A stretch of DNA of 63,270 nucleotides, counting the filler, from Olpidium bornovanus S191 (taxonomy: Eukaryota > Fungi > Olpidiomycota): assembly GCA_017911155.1 (NCBI GenBank). It is 28 parts of 28 records of this genome, joined end to end, with 100 filler letters (N's around TTAATTAATTAA, not from the genome) between each part and the next. Parts side by side here need not be neighbours in the genome. Positions count along the whole stretch, not along the records: positions 23,267 to 24,912 come from JAEFCI010008973.1; positions 25,013 to 26,260 come from JAEFCI010003270.1; positions 26,361 to 29,890 come from JAEFCI010002078.1; positions 29,991 to 32,898 come from JAEFCI010003662.1; positions 32,999 to 36,086 come from JAEFCI010007421.1; 23 more parts are not named here. One strand, written 5' to 3'. The notes beneath the pieces were generated by a model, which searched no databases, was not told the origin of the DNA, and was given only the letters and a program-made list of their open reading frames with translations. Positions 23,267 to 34,445 of the stretch are shown here, in pieces. Numbering within the stretch: the stretch's first letter is position 1; each line of letters begins with the position of its first letter. The translations under genes were made by a program, and so were the position numbers.

Positions 23267-24904
23267 CTGCGCTCGGAGCTCGACGACGCCAAAGGAGAAA
23301 TTGGAAATGCGGGCTTGGTGACCGCTCAACTTCGCAAAGAGATCGCAGAGGCCAACGCAGAAGCTGAACGGCTCCGCGCCGACATGAAGCAGCAGTTGGC
23401 GGAGGCACACGCGGCACAGGGAGCTCATGAGCAACAAATTGCAGATGTCCAAACGGCACAAAAGAAATCTCAGGAGAATGCTGATCTGGCCGCGTCAGAA
23501 GCCGCAAAAATCAAGGCAGATCTTCTCGAAGCGCGGAAACAGCATTCCGCCCTGGAAACCGCGCTCTTCCAGGCGAAGGCCGAGCTGAGCGAGAAGAGCG
23601 CGCAGTGCGAAGTTTTCCAGCTGGAAATCGAAGCGGCCAGCGGGGACCTCGAACGCGCGCGGCGGAGTCACCAGGAACACATGGCCCGCTGCGAAGAAAG
23701 CGTGCAGCGCGAGCGGGACGAAGTCGAGTGGCTGCGCGTCGCCCTGGAACGCACGGAAGAGCAGCTTTCTCGGGAGGAGTCCGAGGTGAAGGAGCTGCGC
23801 CGGCGAGAGAAGGCAGCCCTCGAACGCTACGCGGAAGCCGTCGCCACCCTCGGGCGGTCGGCCGAATGGGAGGTCGAAGTCGCCGAGCTGAAAGAAACGC
23901 TCGCCCGGGAGCGGTCCCGGCAGGCGAAGGAAACCGCCGCGTCGCGCGAGCTGTCCGAAAGGGCGGTGGTTGAGCAGGAGACGAAGGACGCCGAGATCTC
24001 GGAGCTGCGGTCGCCGCTGGAGGAAGCGGAGACGGCGCGCGACGCCGGACTTCAGGAGAAGGACGCCGAGCTCTCGGAGCTGCGGTCGCGGCTGGAGGAG
24101 GCGGAGGCGGCGCGCGACGCTGGACTGGAGGAGAAGGACGCCGAGCTCTCGGAGCTGCGGTCGCGGCTGGAGGAGGCAGAGGCGGCGCGCGACGCCGGAC
24201 TGGAGGAGAAGGATGCCGAGCTCTCTGAGCTGCGGTCGCGGCTGGGGGAAGCGGAGGCGACACACGCGGAGGACCTGGCGAGGGCGGAGACCGCGCGCGC
24301 GGCCGGTGAGCGGAGGGCAGGAGACCTCGAAGCCGCGCTGGAGAAGGCGCGGGGCGACGCCGAGGCCGCGGCGTCGGAGTCGGCGGCGAAAGCGGCCGAG
24401 CTGCAAAGAGCGCGGGAGCTGGCGTCTGCCGCCGAGGATGCCCGTGCCCGGGCGGAAGCGGAGCTGGCCGAAGAGGCCTTCCGGCGCCGGGGAGAGGTCG
24501 GGAGGCTCCGGGCGGAGCTCGAGGGCGCGGGGCGACACGCCGGCCTTCTGGAGGACGGGCTGCAGCGCGAGGGCGCCCGGGCCGCGGCGGCGGAGCGGGC
24601 AAACTCGGAGCTCTGCGCGGAGCTCGAGTCGGCCCGGGCAACGAGCCGGGCCCTCCTCGTCGACAAGGAGCGGCTGGTCCGCGAGGTGGCCAACTTGCGC
24701 CGCCGGGAGCAGATCGCCCTCGAGCGCGGCGCCGCGGCCGTCGCCGCCCTCGAGCGCTCGCGGAGCGACTTCCGCGTCCTGAGCCTGCACTACATGAAGC
24801 TCTGCGAGCAGGAGAAGAGGCTTGAGGTGAAAATCGAGTCCATCTTCGCCGGCCAAAGCCCGGCGTGGGCGAGGGCGGGACCGTCGCACCTCGGCGCCGT
24901 TTGA
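23267..24904 (+). CDS. Long coiled-coil protein, C-terminal part (open from the contig start)
   Basis: About 545 uninterrupted codons, E/A/R/L-rich and almost Pro-free, with an internal 25-aa repeat. No family recognised. Confidence 0.75.
   Translation: MRSELDDAKGEIGNAGLVTAQLRKEIAEANAEAERLRADMKQQLAEAHAAQGAHEQQIADVQTAQKKSQENADLAASEAAKIKADLLEARKQHSALETALFQAKAELSEKSAQCEVFQLEIEAASGDLERARRSHQEHMARCEESVQRERDEVEWLRVALERTEEQLSREESEVKELRRREKAALERYAEAVATLGRSAEWEVEVAELKETLARERSRQAKETAASRELSERAVVEQETKDAEISELRSPLEEAETARDAGLQEKDAELSELRSRLEEAEAARDAGLEEKDAELSELRSRLEEAEAARDAGLEEKDAELSELRSRLGEAEATHAEDLARAETARAAGERRAGDLEAALEKARGDAEAAASESAAKAAELQRARELASAAEDARARAEAELAEEAFRRRGEVGRLRAELEGAGRHAGLLEDGLQREGARAAAAERANSELCAELESARATSRALLVDKERLVREVANLRRREQIALERGAAAVAALERSRSDFRVLSLHYMKLCEQEKRLEVKIESIFAGQSPAWARAGPSHLGAV
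23984..24262 (+). repeat. 75-bp coding tandem repeat, about 3.7 copies (KDAELSELRSRLEEAEAARDAGLEE)
   Basis: Unit starts at 23984, 24059, 24134 and 24209 (exact 75-nt spacing). Confidence 0.96.
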
Positions 24905-26182
24905 GAGGGCGANNNNNNNNNNNNNNNNNNNNNNNNNNNNNNNNNNNNNNNNNNNNTTAATTAATTAANNNNNNNNNNNNNNNNNNNNNNNNNNNNNNNN
25001 NNNNNNNNNNNNCCCCCCCGGCGGGGGCGGGGGGGGGGGGGGGGCGCGGGGGGGGGGGGGGGGGGGACGGGAAGGGGAGAGAGACAGCAAGGGGAGGGTG
25101 GGGAAGGGGGGGTATAAAGGCGGGCGTCCGCCGGGCGGGATGCCGTTTCCCCCAAATGCCTCAAAGTATTTTGCAAGGATAATTACGCGCCTAGCGGAAG
25201 CTAGGTTGCAACCGGGGCGGCGCGGGCGGCGGCCCTTTTGCCGCCCGCGCGGCCCCCCCCCTATTCGAATTTTTGGACGAGCGGGTGCAGGGCGCGGCCG
25301 ACGGCGGTGCCGCGCCGCTCCTCCGCCTCCTCTCTCCCCCCTCCGGGCCCCTCGCCGGCCGCCCCTTTCCCGGCGCGCTCTCCGCTCTACTTTCGGCGGG
25401 GGGCGCCCGGGGTCTGGGGGGTGGTGGGCACGGGGGCCTGAGGGGCTGGAGGGGGGTGCTGCGGGGTTCGGCGCGGATGCCGTCGATTGCTGGCCTCCCT
25501 GCGCGCCTGCCGCTACCTAACGCGACCCTCCCCTGCCGGTCCGTTGCCCCGGTCCCTTGTCCCGGACGAAAGAGAGCCGGCAGCAGCCGGGGAGGAGGAG
25601 GACAGGAAGGAGAGAGCCCCTCGCGGCGTGGAAGGAAAAGTGGAAGAAGCGCTGAGCCGGAGCGAGAGCATAAAACGTCCAGAAGTACATCCCGGAAGGG
25701 GCCAAAAGAAAACCACGCCCCCTTCACGCAGCAGCAATCCCGCCCGGCCGGTTGGTAATGCACAAGGAAACTTCCACCTTCTGGGCACACGGTACGTCCG
25801 GTTAGGAAAATTCGACCTTCTGGGCAACCAACGGCACGTCCGGTTAGCGTGATTTATGATATGGTTTACTCCGATTGCACTTTGCAATCTAAGTTTTCCG
25901 TCAGTCCGAAACGCTCGTCTGCTTGTAATGCTCCATTATTTGATTCAAAAAGTTGTACGTGCAGCTTGATCCGCTATCCTGATCGGTAGCGGGAGATTTG
26001 GGATAGGTAATTGGGGATGAGCGCGCGGCGGGATTTGGTCCGGCGAGAGACGGTCGGATGGGGGGGATGGTGAATTGGCAATGGGGTTTGAGGATTCCTG
26101 GATTCCCCACTATTTTTTATTTCTACTTCTCCCATTCCCCGCCTACATTCCCCATCTGCGTGCCCTCAAGCCGCCCCATTTT

Positions 26183-26228
<46 letters not shown>

Positions 26229-26389
26229 CGCCCCCCCCCGCCCCCCCCCCCCCCCACGCCNNNNNNNNNNNNNNNNNNNNNNNNNNNNNNNNNNNNNNNN
26301 NNNNTTAATTAATTAANNNNNNNNNNNNNNNNNNNNNNNNNNNNNNNNNNNNNNNNNNNNCCACAAGATGAGCCTGTTATACGTTATGA

Positions 26390-27420
26390 AGGTTGGCGCT
26401 CCTGAAGTCGGCCGGCAGCGGGATCCCGTGCTCGAGACAGATGGCGTTGATAAGGGCAAAGTGGTGGACCTTCGCAGCATGGACGAGTGCGTCTTGTCAG
26501 ACAGGACATGACGCGGTTGTAGAAGATGTGCTATCCCCTCTCCAAATCGACAGAAGGAAAGTCGAACAGAATAAGCAAATTGATAAACCTACGGAGTGCA
26601 CGCAGCAGAACCACAGCTCTCGGCCGTAGGTGCTCCCGACAGTGACGCCGTCTTGCTCCGCCGGGTCCGCCGTTGCCGTAACTTGCACGGGCATTTCCGG
26701 CGGCACAGACCTGTGGGCCTCCAACAAGATCAGCAACCGCGCGATCTCGTCCAACGCGGCCACGGGGTCCGTGTCGACTCCCGTCTGCGCGGAAGCAGGT
26801 ATTGAGGGATAGACTGAAAAGACGGACGGCACAGGAAGAAAGCGATGATCAGACGTTTACCCGACTGCGCTGGTCGTAGTTCACTGGCCAGTATGCCGAT
26901 GCCATATCTAGGCTAGCCTGGGAGGAGTTGGGCGAGGACAGAGTGGCGGGCGAGTCGCGCCAGATCCGAGAAAAGTGGTCGAGGGAGTGCCTGCAGATTT
27001 TATCCCGGCAGGGGGGGTTTTTTTTCCAAAGCATGAGCGTTCGCGGGCTATTACGAGAACCGATCTCGCAGCGAGATCCGCCTCCGAAAGGTGCGCCCCG
27101 AAAGGTGCGGGACGTCCCGGCTTCTCCCAACCCGACCGCTGGAGGCTCCGCTTCGGCGCTCACCTGATGTGGTTCCCGATGAACGACCCGGGCACCGCCG
27201 CGCTCGGCGTGACATACCCTGGCAATGGGGTGGGCCGGGAGCCGGCGAGTGATCGCTTCTCGGGCTTTGCCTCTCTGCGGCGGCGGCCCTGCTCGCCCGC
27301 CTCTCCCGCTTGGCGCTCGCCGGTCTCGCCGCGCCCATCGCCGTCCGGCGCTCCGCTCGGCAGCGCCTTGAGAAGGGCGGCGGCCTGCTCCAGGCACCAC
27401 CTGGCGGCCTGGTGTTGGTC
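26390..27420 (-). CDS. Uncharacterised multi-exon gene (helical segments)
   Basis: Exon-like blocks bounded by GT/AG: QAARWCLEQAAALLKAL..., HSLDHFSRIWR...YWPVNYDQRSR, DPVAALDEIARLLILLEAH, and ALVHAAKVHHFALINAICLEHGIPLPADF. Family not recognised and boundaries are approximate. Confidence 0.3.
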
Positions 27421-28254
27421 ACGCCACATCGTCGCGCGCAACCCCCGCGCAATAGGCTCGGCGCGGCGTCCGGGCACCGGCACGCGTAACGAGAAAACCA
27501 GACAGGCACGGGACAACGAATCCTGCGCGGGACAGGTCGGGGGCTGAAGAGCGAGCCGGGACTGGTCGGTGTCACCAGGGTGCGCGTGGCATGGGCAACC
27601 GTTTCCCTCCCCGCCCCGGGTCGCCCAGCTCCAGCGTCGCCAACCGTTCTGCGAAGGAAAATATTTATCGAACACAGCTGCAGGAAACACGTGACTACGA
27701 CGCCGTTGCCCCCCCCCCCCCCCCCCCCCCCCCCCGAGACGGGAAAAGAAACCATGTGCCGCCCCCCGCCCGCCCCGCCCGCCCTGCCCGCCCGGAACCC
27801 CGCGGCGGAAAAAGTTGGCCAGCAGAAAACGCCCCCGCTCCAGCGCAGGATCCCCCCCAAACCTCCTCGTCTCTCCCTGCCGACCAGACCGCGACTTGCG
27901 CGCGGGCGTGTTCGTCTGCCCGTCGCTTCCGCTGCTTCGACCAAGTGCAAAAAAAAAAAAAAAAAACGGAAGGACAAGCGTATCCGGCCGACTCGCGGTG
28001 CGGTAGCCCCTCGCTGCGCTGTCAAAAGCAGACGCCCGGGCCCGCTTCGGGTCTGCCCCGCACCTTTTCTCACACCGTACGCGGCCGCACGCACTTGCTG
28101 TGCATACCGTACACACTCTGCGGCACTGTCCGCGGCGCGGCGGTATAGAGTGTTCGGGTCTGCTGCCTTCCCGTCGCTAGCACCCCCCGGCGGAACTCCG
28201 GCGTGGCCCCGCCTCTGCGTGCCTCTTTTGCCATCGGCAGGCCGCTGCCAAAAA

Positions 28255-29890
28255 ATGGTCGTGTTTCGTTGTGCGTTGGACGACTCGGACGAGTCCTGCT
28301 CGGCAGATGAAGGGTCGCCGCCGCCGGTGCGCAAAACCGCTCCCTTCGTCATCCGTCGCTTGAACCGCTCGGGCTTTGGCCCGATCGAAAGGCCGCGGGC
28401 AACACCGATGAGGCCCCCGTGGGTGGCCCCTGGAGTTGGTTTCGGACGGCGTGTCGTGCTGCGGGTCCTGGTTTACAGCGCCACTGACGGCAGTTCCCGC
28501 TCGCGCCAGATCGCCTCTCAAGAATAAAAAGGACAGTCCAGCTAACAATACACGTGTCAAACGTGGATATGGCGTGCCGGAATACGATTCAGACCTTTCG
28601 GACGAGTCGGACACGGACGAGCAGAGAGCGCGGCCGTCCGTGACCCTGTGCGATCAGTTTCTTTCGACAAACAAGACGACCAGCGTATCCGCGGCGAGGA
28701 CCGCTCTTTTTTCCAGCTCGCGGGGCCCGCCGTCCGTTTCGCCGGCGAAAAAGGTTACTCTGAATCCACTGGGGGAGGTTAAAACCCCGCTGTCTCTGCC
28801 CAAAAGGTATTTGCTGGTTGAACTGCCGCAGATCGATACGCGTCTGCCCGGCGAATTTCGCATGGTGCAACTGTGGTAACTTGGATTCCAGCTGAGGGAA
28901 GAATGCTGCCTACCTTTTCTAGTTCGGACGTTACGCTGTCTAAACTGTTGGAAGGCCTAGAATTTAGTTCTGACGTGTCGAGGTCAAAAAGGTTAGAAAC
29001 ATCTTTAGTGTTTATTGGTGGCCATTCTCTGACCATTTAGGCGAAACCTCCTTCTCAGCGAAGTCCCACATTGCGCGCCAAAAAGCCGCAGTATGTCACG
29101 CAGGTGCGTTGGCACTATATTGCTTTTTAATTTCGGAAAAGTAGAGTTTGCCACACCTGATGCGGCACCTATACAATTTGAAGTCCCGGCGACCCCCGAT
29201 CAGAAAGCGCAAAAAAAAATGCCGCTGCCGTAAAAGCGACTTTGGCTCTCAGGATTACAACACACGAACCGCATCCAGCAAAGGTCGAGGCGCGAAAAAG
29301 GCAAAGTCAGGTAGATGCTGAAATTGGTGTTGACTGCTTGACTTGATGTGCATCGGAACTAAGTGTGGTCGCACCACTGTGCTGTAGAAATCTATGGAGG
29401 GCCGATTTCTCGAGCTACGGAGGGTTGCAGAAGCGGCAGATCAACATGCATCCGAACACGTGAAACAGATTGTGGAACGGGAGCGGCAGCTGGATGAGGA
29501 AGTGGTGCGGCGGCTTCAGCGGCTGCAACTTGAGGGGTGAGAAATTGGAGGAGATTATTGTAGTATTTTTTGTTCAGTGTGTCTCTGCATATTCATCTAG
29601 TCGATATCTTGCAGTGAACGGCAGATTGCGCTTCAGGGTGATACGTTTGACGCGAAAGACCAAGCAATGAAGAGGGTGCGCATTTGGGCATATGTGCGTC
29701 AACGTTGCGTGGAATTTTGCGATCAACCTAAGCTGTCTTTTGTGTGACACATTAGCGCCATGCAGAAGCCATGGCAAAATGGCGAGAGGAAGAGGCGCTG
29801 AAGGCCAGGGAAGCGGCGGAACGGCGAGCGAAGGAACAAGCCGAAAAAGAGGCTAAGGAGGCTAGCGAGCGCGCGGAACAAGAGGCCCGC
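28255..29890 (+). CDS. Multi-exon protein N-terminus (acidic/Ser-rich then coiled coil), possibly Gle1-like; 3'-truncated
   Basis: MVVFRCALDDSDES start, then PEYDSDLSDESDTDE, then coiled-coil exons (RQLDEEVVRRLQRLQLE; AMAKWREEEALKAREAAERRAKEQAEKEAK). The architecture resembles the Gle1 N-half, but the diagnostic C-domain is not in the contig. Confidence 0.4.
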
Positions 29891-30509
29891 NNNNNNNNNN
29901 NNNNNNNNNNNNNNNNNNNNNNNNNNNNNNNNNNTTAATTAATTAANNNNNNNNNNNNNNNNNNNNNNNNNNNNNNNNNNNNNNNNNNNNACGCCCGGCC
30001 CCCCCCCCCCCCCCCCCCCCCCCCCCACACCCCCCCGCCCCCTCTGGCCCCCCCCCCCACACACACTCCTACAAAAGGTACCCGCGATCGACGGCGACGG
30101 GTTCCCCCTGTCCCCAGCCCCCAGAACCCCCCCCCCCCACCAGGCCGCTCCATGGCAACCCGTTAAAAAACGGTCGCGCTCCCCTTCGCCGCCGCCGCCC
30201 TGCTCTCCGCGTTCGCTTCACGTCCCCCCCCCTCCCTTCTCTCCCTCTCCCGCCACGCTTCCCGTCAAAAAAAAAAAAAAAAAAAAAGGCAGTCGGCATC
30301 GGCACGCACATGAGCAAAACGCCTCTTCCTCCTTTTTCGTCAGCAAGTCTTTCCCAGTCCAACAAGTCCACGGGCATCACGCGCGTCGCCACTTTTCGCC
30401 GACCTCCTCCGTATTTCACGCTTCAGAGCGAGAACAATTCCCGACAGCCTTTCCACTTCGCCTTTCCACGTTTTCGACCAACATCCCCCCGCCCCCACGC
30501 ACGTTCGCC

Positions 30510-32102
30510 ATGCCGCCGGCCAAGCTGACCGGCCCGTGCGTTCTGGAGGGTCACGGGCCGTGCCGGACGGGATCGCGAGCATTCCGGCGGCTGACTACTT
30601 TCGCATTTCACAAAATCCACCCGGCGGTGCGGGAGCAGCACCCGGGCGTGGCGCTTGATGCCGTGCTCTGCCACGGGCACTACATGAGGTTCGTCGAGGC
30701 TGGCCGCGGAGGAAATTCCAGACCTTATTGGGAACGCGAAAGGACTAGGATCCTGGAAGAGCAGTGGCGGCACGTCGGGGCCTCCGGGAAACCAACCGTC
30801 TGCTCTGGATCGGCGAGCTCCAGGGACGGTCACCGTGGAGTCTCGCCGTTGCCGTCTGATCCCCGGCCCTACCTACAGCCGTCTCACAAAAGAATGACGT
30901 CTCCCGCGCCAGAACTATGTGATGCGAACGCGGCGGTACTCGTGAAGCACCACATCTCCGCGTCGCCCGAACGTTTCGTTCCTTTCGGGACGTTCGCCAA
31001 CGACGTCGAGATGAGGGGGATCAACGTCACTTACGGCGTCGATAAACCGTCCTACTGCCCTTGGGACGCATTGCACTCGAACAAGACGCCTGTCCCGGCA
31101 GGCACGTCACGCCAAGATCACGTTACGCTTGATTTTGCCAGGCGCCCGCGCGGCCGGCCGCGGACAGCGATAAACACGTTTGGCCACCGGGGTTTTGATC
31201 CGCAGCTCTTCGTACACGAGAGGAACGACGGTGCCGACGTCGGCCGCGGGAACAAACAGGAATGGTCCGGGGCTGATACAAAGACGACCTCGTTCCGCGG
31301 CCGAAAGGGAACCGACAGGGCGAGGACGAAGCGGGACCTCCAGTGGGCGGGCTCCGTCCCTTCCGAGCTTTCCGCAACCAGACAGCCGGAGCCGGCAGCG
31401 AGTTCTGGCGTGCGCGAAGATCGCTACGTGGCGTTGTTGCGGGCCGCACATTGCGGCCGACCGTCGCAGGGCGCTCGTCGCCAACCGACTGCGGTGCCGA
31501 ACTGCGGGCCGTCCGCGCCGGCGCAGAACCACAAGAGCGGCGTCGCCTCAGCTCCGTCTGACGAAGGCGCCTCGCCGGCCGTCCGGAGTCCCGCCGAAGT
31601 GCACCGGCGGTTCGGTTTGGACGTCGAAGACAACGTGAATTCGGCGCTGCTCCTCATGTTTCTCGCGTCGCGGGCCAGGCGGGGCGAGCCGCGGGCGGCC
31701 GCCGACGCGTCGACCGGCTGCGGCCCGAGGAAGGCTCTGGACTGCACCAACGACGACGACGACGACGACAGCGACGACGACGCGCCCCGCCGCGGCGACC
31801 GAGAAACCGGGGAAACGGAATACGGGCGGCGCCCGCGCGGCCGGCAGCAGCAGCGCCGCCAGGGGCCGCCGGCCGTCACGGCTTACTTCTCGCCGCCGGC
31901 GACTTGCGCGGCCCGCGCGCACCACCAGGCCTGCAGGGCCGCGACCAGCCTCCCGTCCATCCGCGAAATCTTCCCCGGCTTTCACGAGTGGGGGGTTCTC
32001 AAGAGACCGCCGGGCTTGCTGGAGATCGAAAACTCGGCGAAATTCCGTTTAAGAGACCTGCACGGCTGCACCGGAGAAGACGGTCTTTTTTTTGCCCAGT
32101 AA
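30510..32102 (+). CDS. Intronless 530-aa protein, putative DNA/chromatin-binding regulator
   Basis: ATG-initiated 1593-nt ORF with an N-terminal C10-x7-C18-x35-C54-x2-H57 cluster, an AT-hook-like RRPRGRPR (31140-31163), a low-complexity middle and a C-terminal LPSIREIFP. Confidence 0.7.
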   Translation: MPPAKLTGPCVLEGHGPCRTGSRAFRRLTTFAFHKIHPAVREQHPGVALDAVLCHGHYMRFVEAGRGGNSRPYWERERTRILEEQWRHVGASGKPTVCSGSASSRDGHRGVSPLPSDPRPYLQPSHKRMTSPAPELCDANAAVLVKHHISASPERFVPFGTFANDVEMRGINVTYGVDKPSYCPWDALHSNKTPVPAGTSRQDHVTLDFARRPRGRPRTAINTFGHRGFDPQLFVHERNDGADVGRGNKQEWSGADTKTTSFRGRKGTDRARTKRDLQWAGSVPSELSATRQPEPAASSGVREDRYVALLRAAHCGRPSQGARRQPTAVPNCGPSAPAQNHKSGVASAPSDEGASPAVRSPAEVHRRFGLDVEDNVNSALLLMFLASRARRGEPRAAADASTGCGPRKALDCTNDDDDDDSDDDAPRRGDRETGETEYGRRPRGRQQQRRQGPPAVTAYFSPPATCAARAHHQACRAATSLPSIREIFPGFHEWGVLKRPPGLLEIENSAKFRLRDLHGCTGEDGLFFAQ

Positions 32103-32826
32103 GCCTGGGGAGAGGGGGGTGGGGGGGAGGTGGCCGCTTGGATCCGTTTCCACACCCCCCCTCCCGCCGCCCCAAAGAAAAAAAAAAAAAAAATGAAAAA
32201 AGATTACCTGCCAAATACCCCCGTGCGCATAATTTGATGCTCCCGTTGGCGCGCTCCCCGCCCTCCTGTCCTCCCCCGCCTCACCGGGCCCCCATCCCCC
32301 CAGCTGAAGCAAGGGCCCTGCGTTACCGCCGCCGCCGCCGACCGCCGCCCGCCGCCCACGTCACCACCGCCCCCGCTTCCACACACTCCACCTCCGCCCC
32401 ACCTCCCAGTGCGAGCGCCATCGCATTCCTGCCAACTTGAAGGCGCCCCACTCACCTCGCACACACGTTATCCCACATCATAAGCTATACCCCCCACCCC
32501 CCCCCCCCCGGATAAGTTAACGAATCGGCCGTCCACCGGATATTTTGTCCCACGGCGACTGACTTTTCAAGCAAATAAGTTAATTCACAGGGATAAACGC
32601 GAAATACCCGTCTTTTGGAGAGTGTTTGGGGGAGATGGGGAGGAGGAGGGTGGGTGGTAAAGGGGCGGGACGGGCGGGAGGAGGGGGGGGAGTGGGGGGG
32701 GGGGGTGATGTTTCGTGCGGACTTTACGAAAGGTTTTGGCGCTTTGCCTTTCTTTTATTTTTGCAGGTAACGTAAAGTGGAAGTGGGTGTGTGAGGCGAG
32801 TGGGGAAGGGCACGACCGCTGCAAAA

Positions 32827-32867
<41 letters not shown>

Positions 32868-34445
32868 CGGGTTTTTTTTTTTTTTTTTGGGGGGCGGGNN
32901 NNNNNNNNNNNNNNNNNNNNNNNNNNNNNNNNNNNNNNNNNNTTAATTAATTAANNNNNNNNNNNNNNNNNNNNNNNNNNNNNNNNNNNNNNNNNNNNCA
33001 TGCATCTCACATCTTGAATTTTATGCTATGTTTTTCACGGAAAATACCAGCAATTTGCCACACGCATTTTAGATAATTGTGTGAATGCCTGCAACTTGTT
33101 TTCGGCTGCTTAAAAAAAAACGGGTTGAAGCAGACAACTCGAGCATCGCCCGGTATGATTGATTGCGTATGCCGCACTTGCCGAGCGCCAACGTTTTCAC
33201 GGCCCATTAAAACATAGTGTTTTGCAAGCACCCGAAGCGGCGAGGTGCCCGAAATACTGCGCGTTCGAAACGCCCCGTCGATCGGACGAGATTCCGACTT
33301 ATCAGGTTGAGGAGGCCTCACTCCTCAACCCTAACCAACCATCGACGGAAAGATGGTCCGACAGCGAACGGAGGCCTTTGAGCTTTTGCTCGAGAGTGGA
33401 GATTCGGTCCTCGTCTTTGGCTCCTTTGCCCGTCGAGCTCTAATGTATTTTATTATTTTTTTTTCTGCGTCATGAACCGGTCTCGCGTCTGATTTGGTGT
33501 CAGCACCAAACGACATTTTGCTTCTATCGTTTACATATCGACCAATTTCCACGAACTCCTCGCACTGCGTGGTTTATTTTCTTATCACTGTCTTGCCGGT
33601 GACACCAAAAAGCTTCCGAAAGTTGCTCGCACCTCGGGGCCACACAACAGCCACGTAGCAGTCCGCCACAAGCAAGTGAATGCTTTTTTTTTTTTTTTTT
33701 TTTGCTTCTGGCTAGAATCGTTGCGCTTGTGCGGTGTGGCAACCCGGCGGGGTTGAGCCCGGACCCACAGCAGCACCGGAAGCGGAGCCAGCCGACGCGA
33801 TCAAGTCGGGAGAGGACCGAGGGGTGGCAGGGTCGGCGGCAGCAAAGCTCGCCGCGGAGACGGCATAGCCACGAGAGGCAGAACCGTCGTAAAAAAGAGT
33901 GACAGCAGAGGCTGAGCTGTGGTTGCCAACGGAACCGCTGGTCCCATCGGCCAGGCCATGGTAAGGGACTCACCTTATCAGTTAAGTGAGGACGCAGAAA
34001 GGAGAGCGGACAATCGTAGAAGAAAGTTGATGGGCGTGGGAGGAGCAGGCGTGTGAAGACAAGCTGCAAAACCCATGCTGTACGCAGTGGGAAAGGAGAA
34101 CATTTTCGGATGCGCGGTGAGGACGGAGACACGCCACGTGTGTGAAGGGGGTGGGCGGTTGGGCGAACGGGTGTGGGTCGGGGGGTGAGAGGGCAACCTA
34201 CAAGCCCCTAGTATATAACAGCGCTTTTGCCCACCGTAAAAGCAGCAGCATACCCAATGAATAATGTACATTGCTACAATCGTACGTGCATATGCGGGAA
34301 AAAGTTTCCCAAATTCCAAATCTTTACAAAAAACTTGTCCGGCGGTGGGTTCTTGCCGAAATCGAAGATTTACAGTTCCACGGGCAATTTAGCTCCTCGA
34401 GCATTGCCCATTCTTGAGTTGTTTATAGGTTCCCCAGAAAGTAAA

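Noticed and set aside
25013-25060. Terminal G-rich runs as telomeric repeats
   Set aside because: No periodic TTAGGG-like unit; simple homopolymers.
26860-27000. Tad3/ADAT3-like resemblance (SLDHFSRIWR ... YWPVNY) and KBP-like ARWCLEQA
   Set aside because: Motif spacing does not fit and no deaminase HAE/PCxxC or other diagnostic motif was found.
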